Source: Hormiphora californensis
Taxonomy: Eukaryota; Animalia; Ctenophora
Reading direction: 5' to 3'
Assembly: GCA_020137815.1 (NCBI GenBank)
Contig: CM035355.1
Coordinates: forward strand, 1,674,001-1,738,000
DNA: 64,000 bases
The position numbers and the translations under genes are program-made. This document shows, in pieces, positions 52,628-63,660 of the stretch. Below the pieces are notes generated by a model. The model did not search any database, was not told where the DNA came from, and saw only the letters and a list, made by a program, of their open reading frames with translations. Position 1 is the first letter of the stretch, and every line of letters begins with the position of its first letter.

Positions 52628-55600
52628 GATAGTTGCTTGTAAGGAGGATAATGCTTCCCAGTACACGGCCTCGCGGCTCGCCATGTAATGTCTATCTCTC
52701 CTTCAGCTCTCCCTCAGTTTGTTGTTGCAGCCTCTTCTTTTCACATCATGATTGTCCCTCTCTCTCTCTCTCTCTCCACAGTCCACAATATTTCTAAATA
52801 TTATCCGTCTACCCAGACTTGTATACCAGCCACCCCCATTCAACCCCCGGCCATTCACGTGTGTGAATCACTAGGCCAACTGGTTGGAGGGGTTACTAAA
52901 ACACGTGAAGATGGTGCTAAACTCTCTCTGTCTCTGCTTATGATGGTGGGGGATATCTTGTTCTAGAAGACTGTGTGTGGTTCTGCCTAATGCTTGCAAC
53001 TCCTACCGTCTTTCTTACTGCAGTCAACGTGTGTAAAGCGATCTCAGCAATCTCTCTCTCTCCCTCACTCTCTCTCTCTCTCTCTCTCCCTCACTCTCTC
53101 TCTCTCTCTCCCTCACTCTCATTCTCTCTCCCTCTCTCACTCTCCCTCCCTTGTATAGCGTGTTCGTTATTGCTCACTTATCCACTTTCTCTCTCTGCTT
53201 GCTTCTTTCTCTTGTCGTATACTGAGTGGAGAAGTGTTGCACGTTGTCTTCTGTTCGTCACATTTCGCGCCTTTTAGAATTATTCCTCACTCTCTATCTA
53301 TCCCTCTCTAGTCTCTATCCCTTTCTATCCATCTTTCTGTTTCTCTCCTTCTATCTTCTCACCGTTTCTTCATAGTTTGAATGAACAACAGACACTTCAG
53401 CGGTGATACCCCACCTTCAAGGGCTGCTTCCACCGCACCTTATGTGCGCAGGGTTACTGGTGGACCTCGCTCGCGGAACACAATTCATTATGTTAGTAGT
53501 GTGTTAGTAGTGTGTTAGTATTGTGTTAGCAATGTGTTAGTATTGTGTTAGTATTGTGTTAGTATGTAATGGGGGGGATTTGGCACAAATTTTAGTCCAC
53601 AAAAGGGTTGATAGTTATTACGCTCTGTGAGGGTTCGGTAGATCAAGGATAGTTGTCTCTGATCCGTGGAAGTCATATCAAGAAGGAGATAATTATCTCA
53701 ATGGCCATTATTCTAGAAGCAGCATGTGAGAGAGAAACAGGAAGAGAGAGAGACATGAAGAGTGAGAAAGAGGAGAATGAATTAGGGGGTAAAAGAGGGA
53801 AGTAAGATTTGGATATATCATGTTACAGAGTTATGTGTTGACACTTCTCTCAAGGCATTCCTAGCTTTGTAGTCCAGTTTGTTTAGTTCTTCCATGACAG
53901 TCCAGTACCCAGATGATTTATTTTATACCATGTACCATTGTGAGTGGGAGCCAGCTAGGTGTTACAAGGGGGAATGTAGGGTTGTTGCCATGGTGACAAT
54001 GGGGTGTTTAGCAGCTCCATCGGCTAATTATTGAAACAGTTTTGATACTTGAATTTCATATTATATTGTTGGTTACGAAGTTACCCCTTGCCAGCACGCA
54101 CAGAGGGGTTATTTCGTAACCAAATTATATTGTACATACCTAGTGCAATTACTATTCTTGTTGATACTTGATTCTGATACAATATCCTATCCAGGTGCCC
54201 CAACACCAGCCTCCACAAGGCATGATAGCAGGCCAACAACAACAACAACAACAGCTCCCTCCCTCCTATTACCCCTCTGAGGGGTACACCACTACTACAA
54301 ACACCCAGTTCAACTCCTATCCCGCTCAAGAGATGATACCTATACCACAAGTACAGGCAAACACGGTTAGTAAGCACCACGGGGGGGGGGGGGGTCGGTA
54401 TTGGGCTAAGAGAGAGGGGGTGATGTGAGATAGTTCAGAGTCAATCATGAATGCTCTTTTTCAACCCCCTCTCCCTTTTTCAGAATCTCTACTTCAACGT
54501 CCAGCCCCAGTTTCGTGCCAGCAACCCTCCTAATCCTGTCAATGTACCTGCTGCTTCTCAGCCTGCCTACGCTGATCAACAATACCTTATCATGCAGCCA
54601 CCACAGGTATTGGCATATTGTAGGTAGTCATTACTTGTAGTCATAATTTGTAGTCATTAGTCATACCAGTCATATTTGGCTGTCAAGAATATATAACGTC
54701 TTTATGGTATCTGAAGACCCTATAATTACCCCCCCCCCCTCTTACCAGGCGGGTATGAAACAGCAACAGTTGGCTCAGATCCAGCAACAGCAACAACAGG
54801 CCGGGGTTTCACAGCAGCAACAGCAACAGCAGTACCCACCTACCACGGAGTACGCACTGATGCCACCTCAATACATGGTAATAAAAATCAAATTTTAGCA
54901 CTCTACGATATCAGGGAACATGCTAGTCTAGAGTGGACTTCCCCCCATGATACTGTATGTTTTGATAACAGGTTTAGCTAACTAACTATGTTGCTACCCC
55001 CTAACTCTCCCTCCCCTCAGAACGCAGGATCCACTCTCCAGCAGTTGAGGCAGGCCCAGCAGCCCCGGTATATACAGCAACAGGTCCACCAACAGCGGCT
55101 AAACAGTCAGTATAATAACTCTGTTTCCTCCCCTCAACAACAACAACAACACCATCATCAACAAATCAGGGGTGTAGGTGAGTTGATGGGTGTGATAGAG
55201 AGTTCTAATTATGGGTCATGGGTGTGATAGAGAGTCTAAATGATCTTGCGTATCTGGGGGCTGGGAAGCAGAAAACTTGAGAGTTGAATGTTATCAGTAA
55301 CGAGTTACATCTTATTCCCATTTCAGCTCCCACTCCGGATACTCTGAAGATAGACCTGAACCAAACTGGCAAGAAGAATATCTCAACTCCGGAGGTGATA
55401 AACATAATCCTGGGTTCCCCCAACACCACGCCTCTATTGAAGAAGGGCGACAAGGTTGGGGATCCATTCAGTTCTAATCGAGGTGGCACTCCCATTACAT
55501 CTCAGGTATTATTATACAGCTGAACATCCCACCCACCTCCCGGCTGATAATGTGTTGTCCCCCACCGATCGTGGGTCGTGATCCTTCCCTCATACACTCA

Positions 55601-56333
55601 CCCCACCGGACCCAACCGACCCATCCCTGTTAATTCCCGCCCCTAGTTCCTGTTCCTAGTGTATCAATTCCCCTTCCCCATAATCCATATCCACCAACCC
55701 CCCTCCCCCGTTGCAGCAGGTGGCAGCCCCCGTTCAACAGTGTCCCAACAACAACAACAGGAGGAGTTATGAGAGGGAGGTGTCAGAGGACCATTGGATT
55801 GGTGTGAACATGCCCCAGGTAGACTCATGTAGGTAGTAACCGTGCTGTATATGGTTGCTACAACGTATAATATCTTATGTTAAATGGGCCTCTTCTACTG
55901 CTGAATGTCCCTTCTATTCGTATATTTCCAATGTTTTCTTCTACTTCTTTTCTTATTCCATATTTACCTTATTCACCCTAAAGGCTTGGGCACGTCGCGC
56001 CCCTCATGTTCGCGCGCCCGTAGGGCGATCCCCTCACATAAGAGCCCCTACGGGGCTTGCCCGCTACGCGGGCAACCTAAAGGCTCTATGTATCCCACCC
56101 GGCCCCATTCCTACCCCACTCTCCCTCAGGATCTAGTAACACCAGATACAGCCCACTTCTCCAAGTTAGTCACACCGGGTGGTGACAGGGTGTTTGAATT
56201 CAGTACCCCAACAACAACAGCACCAGACCCCTCCACATTATTCAATGGTGGCAGTTGCAGTACCGATCCCAACATGTTTCTCAATACACCCGCCACACAG
56301 GCCCAACAAAAATCAGGCTGGGGAGTTAGGTGA
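41132..56333 (+). CDS. MRTF: Myocardin/MRTF-family SRF co-activator (RPEL repeats, basic box, SAP domain, Q-rich C-terminus); multi-exon, locally frameshifted in this sequence
   Basis: Exon peptides ELQRKLMSRRSMGELRQQNL (~43660), SPSVHDKRIQLQRAQ (~44870), DLLNKKIRYRP.EQERLVSNNIL (~45120), DPSLVSRQQKLARAKL (~45575), GPLELVQSNIM..GQV (~48650), KVKKFKYHEYKPP (~49590), SAP LNDMK|VSALKQELKKRNLHTYGTKSQLVERLRPY (~49950-50155). The first exon (41132-41308) and the Q-rich 3' exons (54170-56333) are assigned with less certainty. Confidence 0.85.
51234..51380. repeat. Minisatellite: 12-mer ACTCCCTCTGTT then 21-mer CTCCCTCTGTACCTTCCATCA
   Basis: Direct tandem repeats, with a partial recurrence at ~51568-51615. 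Confidence 0.9.
53490..53565. repeat. 11-mer minisatellite (TGTGTTAGTAG/T)
   Basis: About seven tandem units. Confidence 0.85.
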
Positions 56334-57126
56334 CAATGAAAGAGGGATTAAGGGTCTATAATCGAGGTTTCAAACTGTATAAATAGTTTTTGTGTTATTT
56401 GCTGTATAAAAATGTATACTGAACCTATTATATTGCGAGAGAGAAAGAGATCTTTATTTATTTTTGTGCATCATGCATGAGCAAAAGAGACAAGAAAAAG
56501 CATGAAATTTCCAGATATGAATACCCTATTGAATACAAATGTGTATGTAGCAGTGCTACTACGGGTTAAAATGTATTTTACTGTGCTTAATGGAAGAGTT
56601 GTGAGAGTGACAATGATATTCAAAACCGATGATATTGAGGATAAATTCCCCCTGTTACAGTGTTACAGTGTCTATGGATTTCTTGTTAAGCTGTTATGTA
56701 CTTCTATAATAACACTGACATACACTAAACCATCGGGTTTTGATCTTATACCCTGCAAATAATTTTGAATTAAAAAAAATCAGGACACTGAACCGGACGA
56801 AATTTTTGGTACGCGCAAATAGGACGCCGCGCATAAAAGATGTTAAGAGTGCGCGCGCGAAAAATAGTACAAAAATAAATAAAAACATTTTAGCCCGGCT
56901 TTTTTTAGCTTTTTTTTCGGTCCGGCACGGCGCGAACCGTTTTTGTTGACGTGTTACTTTCTTCCACAACGTACAACTAACTCTTACAGCATTCAACAAG
57001 TTTAAAAGCGTTTAATTTAGTGAAAAACGTCTTCAGAATAATCTGAGGTCTTCTGGCAACCAGCGTATTTTGAACTTTTTGTTGTTTCCGAAACAAGTGT
57101 TTAATTGAGCCTAATTCTCTACAGAT

Positions 57127-57556
57127 ATGTCACGAGTTGTTAAGCTTGTTAATCCACGCATGATAACTGGTATAGTGGGCCGGGAAATAGTAAAAGACCC
57201 TTACTTCAGCCTCCACAAGCTGTATAACACCACTCTCACAGAATTGAAAACCCTCCCTGAGAGCTACCCTTACCGAAAAGAAACGGAGAGACTTACAAAA
57301 GAAAGGTGCTGTGACGTATTCAGTATTTAATCCTCCCCTCCTCCATGTTCTGACACAATATTTCTTCAGGCTGTCTCTTCTGGAAAATGCGAAATCTGTC
57401 GTTGAGTTTGAGGACGCTGTGAACGCCCGCTGTATCGAGAATGTCATCCAAGAGGCGAAGAGCGAGTTGTTGCTAATTCGAAAGTTGCCCGCTTGGGCTC
57501 CCTGGGAACCTTTGGTGGGAGATGCACCTGTCGACCAGTGGAAGTGGCCTATTTGA
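57127..57556 (+). CDS. NDUFA5: NADH dehydrogenase 1 alpha subcomplex subunit 5; exons 57127-57305, 57370-57556
   Basis: TGIVG....P...L..LY..TL..L..LPE..PYRK.TE....ER|L.....IE.VI.EA..EL.L...W.PWEPL....P.DQWKWPI. Confidence 0.95.
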
Positions 57557-57694
57557 ACTGTCACGATATAATATTAAGTGCTATTGAGAGTTGTGAGTTT
57601 GTATTGGATACTGTTAACTAAGTTATTTCTACACTGTGAGATACTGTTGTCGGTTGAACCCCATCATAATATCTGATTATTCCCAATAATAGCC

Positions 57695-58467
57695 ATGCCA
57701 GGAGTAAGCGGACCATCAGGAGAGGCCTTTGTTACCCTTGTAACAAACACTGAATATGGACTCAGTGCGGCCATTCTGGGTCACAAGCTGCAATCTCACG
57801 GCACCACCAGGGATAGGGTTGTCATGGTAACTGATACAGTAACCCAGGAGACAAGAGACCTGCTCTCTCGACACTGGGACAAGATTGTTGATGTGTCTGC
57901 CCTTGATAGTGGTGATGCCGTGCGGCTGGCTCTAATGAAGCGACCTGAACTGGGTATTACCTTCTCTAAACTGAATGTCTGGAGGATGACTCAGTACTCT
58001 AAAGTTGTCTTTGTGGATGCTGACACTATGCCACTTTCCAATATCGATGAGTTGTTTGGGTTTGAAGAGCTATCTGCATGCAGGGATGCCGGATGGCCTG
58101 ACTGTTTTAATACCGGCCTCTTTGTCCTGGCTCCTAGCGAAGGTAAATGTAATATCAGCTTTAAATATTTGCTGTATTTGGAGGATGGATTATTTATTTA
58201 TTGCATAACTAATTGTTTCTAGAAAAACTGACCCTAATTTTTCACACAGAAACATACCGTGCTCTTGTAAAACGAGCTGCTGAGGAGGGCTCCTTTGACG
58301 GTGGGGATCAGGGTCTTCTGAATGCCCACTTCGCAGACTGGTCGTACGGGGACATCAAGAAGCACATCCCCTTTACTTTTAATGAAAACCCAAAGACATC
58401 ACATATCCAACATGTTTCTCAATACACCCGCCACACAGGCCCAACAAAAATCAGGCTGGGGAGTTAG
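57695..58467 (+). pseudogene. GYG: Glycogenin (GT8) 5' part, truncated at ~58406 by a duplication junction; exons 57695-58142 and 58250 onward
   Basis: [55 protein letters not shown]. The sequence then switches to a copy of 56269+ and stops at 58467. Confidence 0.85.
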
Positions 58468-59203
58468 GTGACAATGAAAGAGGGATTAAGGGTCTATAAT
58501 CGAGGTTTCAAACTGTATAAATAGTTTTTGTGTTATTTGCTGTATAAAAATGTATACTGAACCTATTATATTGCGAGAGAGAAAGATATCTTTATTTATT
58601 TTTGTGCATCATGCATGAGCAAAAGAGACAAGAAAAAGCATGAAATTTCCAGATATGAATACCCTATTGAATACAAATGTGTATGTAGCAGTGCTACTAC
58701 GGGTTAAAATGTATTTTACTGTGCTTAATGGAAGAGTTGTGAGTGTGACAATGATATTCAAAACCGATGAGATTGAGGGTAAATTCCCCCTGTTACAGTG
58801 TTACAGTGTCTATGGATTTCTTGTTAAGCTGTTATGTACTTCTATAATAACACTGACATACACTAAACCATCGGGTTTTGATCTTATACCTAAATAATTT
58901 TGAATTACGAGGACACTGAATCGGACGAAATTTTTGGTACGCGCAAATGTGACGCCGCGCATAAATGATGTTAAGAGTGCGCGCGCGAAAAATAATACAA
59001 AAATAAATAAAAACTTTAGCTATTTAGCCCGGCCCCGGCTTTTTTAACATTTTTTCGGTCCGCAACGGCGTGAACCGTTTTTGTTGACGTGTTACTTTCT
59101 TCCACAACGTACAACTAACTCTTACAGCATTCAACAAGTTTAAAAGCGTTTAATTTAGTGAAAAACGTCTCCAGAATCATCTGAGGTCTTCTGGCGCCCG
59201 GCG
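58407..59203 (+). repeat. Direct duplicate of 56269-57065 (MRTF 3' end and NDUFA5 upstream region)
   Basis: About 797-bp alignment at offset 2138 with scattered substitutions and small indels. Confidence 0.95.
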
Positions 59204-59246
59204 GTTTCAAACTTTCATCAACTACAACGTAAAACTATTTATTGAG
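59204..59246 (+). other. Relic spliced leader variant GTTTCAAACTTTCATCAACTACAACGTAAAACTATTTATTGAG
   Basis: Begins exactly where homology to 57065 ends. Resembles 25343-25373 (TTCA.CA.CTAC...AAA...ATT...TTGAG) and the recalled ctenophore SL 5' GTTTCAAACTTT. Followed by GCGGC, with no GT donor. Confidence 0.7.
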
Positions 59247-59359
59247 GCGGCACCCCCCCTCAATTGTTTCAGTCGTATGACCCTACAATAAGTGGACGAG
59301 CGGATCCCGAGACTGTGAGTAAACACAATCCTCACAACCATCACAGTCACAATCCACTG

Positions 59360-60793
59360 ATGAATTCTGAACTTCCATCCTCTTCTACAAGAAGCGGGAT
59401 GAAGTTTTCAGCCTTCGCAACCCCACCTAGAGGTTCCCATCAGGCGATGCCAGTGCAAACGCCAAGTCACTTCACCTCTGCCAACCAATGTTTGTGTAAT
59501 GGAAATATGACAAACAGGTCCATGCTGAAGTGCAGTACGTGTAAATCATGTTTCCATGACGAATGCGTAGGTCTGAAGTCACTAGGCGATCTTGTTTCAC
59601 CATCAGACGATGGTTTGTTTCCCCTTGAGGACTGGGTTTGCAGCGCTTGCATCTTTACGTCCAGGCTTCTCAAACCTGGTAGTCCTTTTCTAGAAGCTAT
59701 AGCTATTAAGGTTGCTAGGCTTATGACAGATACTAGCCAGTCATCTGATAACAGCTCTCACTTCGACACAACTGTTAACGCATGGCAAAACAACACCATT
59801 TCCGTAACATCTGAAGCGAGTATTGACAGCGTCACCCCCAGCATCATGAACAATGACAATTTCCCACCGCTACCTTCATCCAACAGCAAATCTTCACTTC
59901 AATCCACCGCCACAGCATCCAATGACACAGCTAACACTGCTGCATCTCGCCCAGGTATCCAAAGCACAACCTCCTCTAAGGTTACAGCGAGAAAAGCACT
60001 TCCACCCCAGCCTCGATTGACGATCCACTGTGATGATGTAAAGGAGACGAGGAATGCTATCGACAAAGCCTTGGAAAATATACCTATCTCTCAAGCAAGA
60101 AACTTTTCTTCCTCGGTAAGAGTGTGGTTTCCCAATGAGGAATGCCAACGATTGGCCACAGAATGTTTGAAGACTGCAGGAGTGCTAGAGCAAACTGCCA
60201 GAGTGTCCGCTGAGGTAATGTCAAAAGTAGAACTCAGGTTTGTCCCTGTTGATTCACTCCCAAGAGATGCCACAACTGAGGAATGTAGAAAATTCTGTCT
60301 CGAGAAGCTAACAGCAAAGAATGAAGTTCTGAGAACCTGCAAAGACCTTTCCATTGTCTATTTCAAACGCACGCATACAGACCCGGACCTAGCCACAATT
60401 GTCCTGAAACTACCAGTGCAGCTGAAGGACAAGCTTATGTCTGACGGTAGGGTCTTCTTCCAAATGTCTTCCGTCAGAGTGTCTCATCGTGTACACATCA
60501 AGAGATGTCCTCACTGCCAAGCCCTTGGCCACTACCCTGATAAATGCCCGAAGAAATCCCATCCAGCGACATGCATGTATTGTGCAGAAGAACATTCTAC
60601 TGAAAGCTGTTCACTGAAAGAGGACACTGAGAAACACTGCTGTAAAAACTGTATCAACAATACAGGACTCTCCTCAGATGTTAAACCTCACCATGCTGGC
60701 TCACCTAAATGCCCAACGTACAAAGAGCACTATGATCGTATTTCAAAAAACTACCGTCAACGCAGCACCTTGCTCTCAAATACGGGAATCTAA
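59360..60793 (+). CDS. LINE-B ORF1 (PHD finger plus three zinc knuckles)
   Basis: CLC..MLKCSTCKSCFHDECV..WVCSAC; RCPHCQALGH...C, CMYCAEEH....C, CKNC..H....C. First in-frame ATG at 59360. Confidence 0.88.
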   Translation: MNSELPSSSTRSGMKFSAFATPPRGSHQAMPVQTPSHFTSANQCLCNGNMTNRSMLKCSTCKSCFHDECVGLKSLGDLVSPSDDGLFPLEDWVCSACIFTSRLLKPGSPFLEAIAIKVARLMTDTSQSSDNSSHFDTTVNAWQNNTISVTSEASIDSVTPSIMNNDNFPPLPSSNSKSSLQSTATASNDTANTAASRPGIQSTTSSKVTARKALPPQPRLTIHCDDVKETRNAIDKALENIPISQARNFSSSVRVWFPNEECQRLATECLKTAGVLEQTARVSAEVMSKVELRFVPVDSLPRDATTEECRKFCLEKLTAKNEVLRTCKDLSIVYFKRTHTDPDLATIVLKLPVQLKDKLMSDGRVFFQMSSVRVSHRVHIKRCPHCQALGHYPDKCPKKSHPATCMYCAEEHSTESCSLKEDTEKHCCKNCINNTGLSSDVKPHHAGSPKCPTYKEHYDRISKNYRQRSTLLSNTGI

Positions 60794-63660
60794 ACTGCAG
60801 ATCGATGAACAACAAACTTGGTGAAATATACGGGGCGTGCTGCGATCTTGACCTTGACGTACTCGGTTTGACAGAAACCTGACTAGAAGACGGTGACGTA
60901 GTCACCCCTGCACTGATGAAAGAACTAGGATACAATCTCTATAGTTCGGCAAGAGGGGCAAGAGGAGGCGGCGTCGCTATCTTAGCGAGGAAAGCACTAC
61001 GTGTAATACCTATCAAGACTAAGAACAAACCAACAACTTTTGAATGTATCGAAGCTACGATTGAAGGTGGGCATCTTCAGAAAACTAGATTGGTTGTGGT
61101 ATACAGACCTCCGTCCTCTTCCAAAAAGGAGTTCTTGGCAGAATTCGAAGAGTACATATCGTCACTAAACGGCCTCAGTGGACACCCTGTTATCTTGGGC
61201 GATTTCAATATCCATACTGAGGATGACGATGATCATACTTCAAACTCCTTCCGTGATTTGCTTGTAGATGAGCGATGGACACAGCATGTCGAGGATCCAA
61301 CCCACGAAAGTGGCGGTACATTGGACTTGGTGATAAGCAGAGATGATGAAGCTTCACCTAGGATTAGTGCAGTCGAGGTTGCAAAATCCTCCGTTTCAGA
61401 CCATTATGCTGTCACATTCTACTTACACGTCGGAAAACCAATTCACCAAGAAAGAAAAGCTGTTCTGTGCAGAAACATGAAAAAGCTCACTGTTGAGGTC
61501 CTATCTATGAAAATAGATGAGTCACCGCTGATGTCAAATCCACGTCCCTCTACACTGGAAGGGTGTCTCAACCTGTACAACGTCTCACTTCGAGAAATAC
61601 GGGATGAGATAGCTCCACTACAGGAAAAGGTTATTAAAGACTCGGATCACCCACCTTGGTATGATACACTTTGTGAGGAAGCTAAAACCTCCCGCAGGAC
61701 ACGAGAAAGAGCTCTGAAGACGACCTTGAAAGACTCCACGAAGAAAGAAGAACACAAAGAAGCTAGAACAGCTCTGAATAAAGCTATGAAAGAAACATCC
61801 AGATTTCTCATGAAAACCAGGATAAATTTCTATCGTGGAAAGCTTGACTACGTGGCTGATGATCCAGCTGCTGTCAGTGGGTTAATCAACAAACTACTGG
61901 GAAAAGACAAGATCCCACAGGAGCTTCCAAACGGGAATTCTTCGAGTGAAACAGCAGAAAACTTTGGCACTTTCTTCAAATCGAAAATCGAGGATATCTA
62001 CGAGACGATCAGAGTTGAAAACGAACAATCTGAACCATTGCCAGAACTACCACAAACTGACTACACTGGTGCCACATTTTCATCCTTCCGAAAAGTAACT
62101 GAAGATGAACTCAGTGCTATAATTCAATCTATGGAGAAAAAGCACTGTGATCTCGATCCTATCCCTACCAGCAAACTCGTAGGTGTTCTCCCGAAGTTAC
62201 TTCCTCTTATCTCTGACATTGTCAACAAAAGCCTACAAGAAGGTTTAGTTCCTGAACAGCTGAAGCAATCACTTATTCGACCCTCGTTCAAGAAGAAAGG
62301 AAGCCCGGAAGAACTCAATAACTACAGACCGGTATCCAACTTAGCTTTTATATCCAAGCTAATTGAAAAATGTGCGTCTATACAGCTTACGGAGCACCTT
62401 GAGACGAACGAACTGTTTCCAGGAGTTCAATCGGCGTACCGGAAACATCATAGCACTGAGACCACACTGGTGAAAGTAGTGAATGATCTTCTTCTAATTA
62501 CAGACACGAAATCGAAGGCGGTACTTGTATTGCTAGACCTCAGTGCTGCCTTCGACACGATTAACCATGAATTGTTACTTGGGAAACTGAGGAGGAATTA
62601 TGGCGTTGAAGGTACTGCCCTTGAATGGTTTGCCTCCTACCTCAAAGATAGGAAAGCTTCTGTGAAAATTGAGACCTCTACATCCTCGCCCTTAGCCATC
62701 AACATCGGAGTGCCACAGGGCTCTATACTTGGACCACTGTTGTTCATTCTGTACACAAAAGAGTTGGAAAGTATTGCTAGGCACTATGGACTAATGGTGG
62801 AGCTCTATGCTGACGATACTCAGTTGTATGTTTCTTTCACCAACGATTCTCTCCTAGACCTCGAGACGAAACTGCAGGGTTGCTTAAACCACATCAAAGC
62901 GTGGATGTCCAAGAACTTCCTCAGACTCAACCCCAGCAAAACTGAAATAATCGTGTTAAACAACAAACATGATAAAACAGAAAACCCTGAAAGCCTTCAA
63001 ACGATGAGCAACCATGAATCTACAAAGCCACTTACACTAGTAAGGAACCTTGGTGTGTTTCTGGACTCAGAGCTCTCCCTATCTGGTCATGTATCCAGAA
63101 CCGTAAGGACGTGTCAACTAGCCCTTATGAATCTTTGGAAACTCCACAGAATGTTGGGTGTTAATCTGAAAGTCAAACTCGTTAACAGTTTAATACACAG
63201 CAGACTGGACTACTGTAACAGCCTCCTTGCTGGTTCTTCTGCCAAAGACATCGGTCGATTACAGAAGATTCAAAACTCTGCAGCCCGTTTCGTCTTTGGA
63301 CAACGCCTCTACCAAGGCACCACAAACCTTCGCAAACAGCTTCATTTCCTACCCGTTCGAGAAAGAGTGCAGTACAAGTTGTGTCTACTGACATACAAAA
63401 CACTGAATGGTATAGCCCCACCTTACCTATCGAAGATGATAACACTCCGTCAACCGAAGTTAAAAAGTCTACGAAGGGATGCTGACAAAACCTTACTTGA
63501 CAAGAACTATGCCAGATATTGTTCGAGTAAAGGTGCGTTCAGTGTCGCTGCTCCGGAAATATGGAATAGCTTACCTTCTTCTCTTCGGGAAAGCTCATCC
63601 ATCACATCATTCAAATCCAACCTGAAAACCCACTTCTTCCGGAAGGCATACGAGTGTTAA
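60745..63660 (+). CDS. LINE-B ORF2 (APE-RT) with a premature TGA at 60880-60882
   Basis: LKYGNLNCRS..LDVLGLTET*L (ETWL expected) is in frame with the listed 914-aa ORF. Motifs YRPP, GDFN, SDH, LDLSAAFDTINH, GVPQGSILGP, YADD, SRLDYCN. Confidence 0.9.

Noticed and set aside
56367-56376. GTTTCAAACT matching the leader's 5' end (also in the duplicate at ~58505)
   Set aside because: Ten-base match only, in a 3' UTR, without the TTGAG end.
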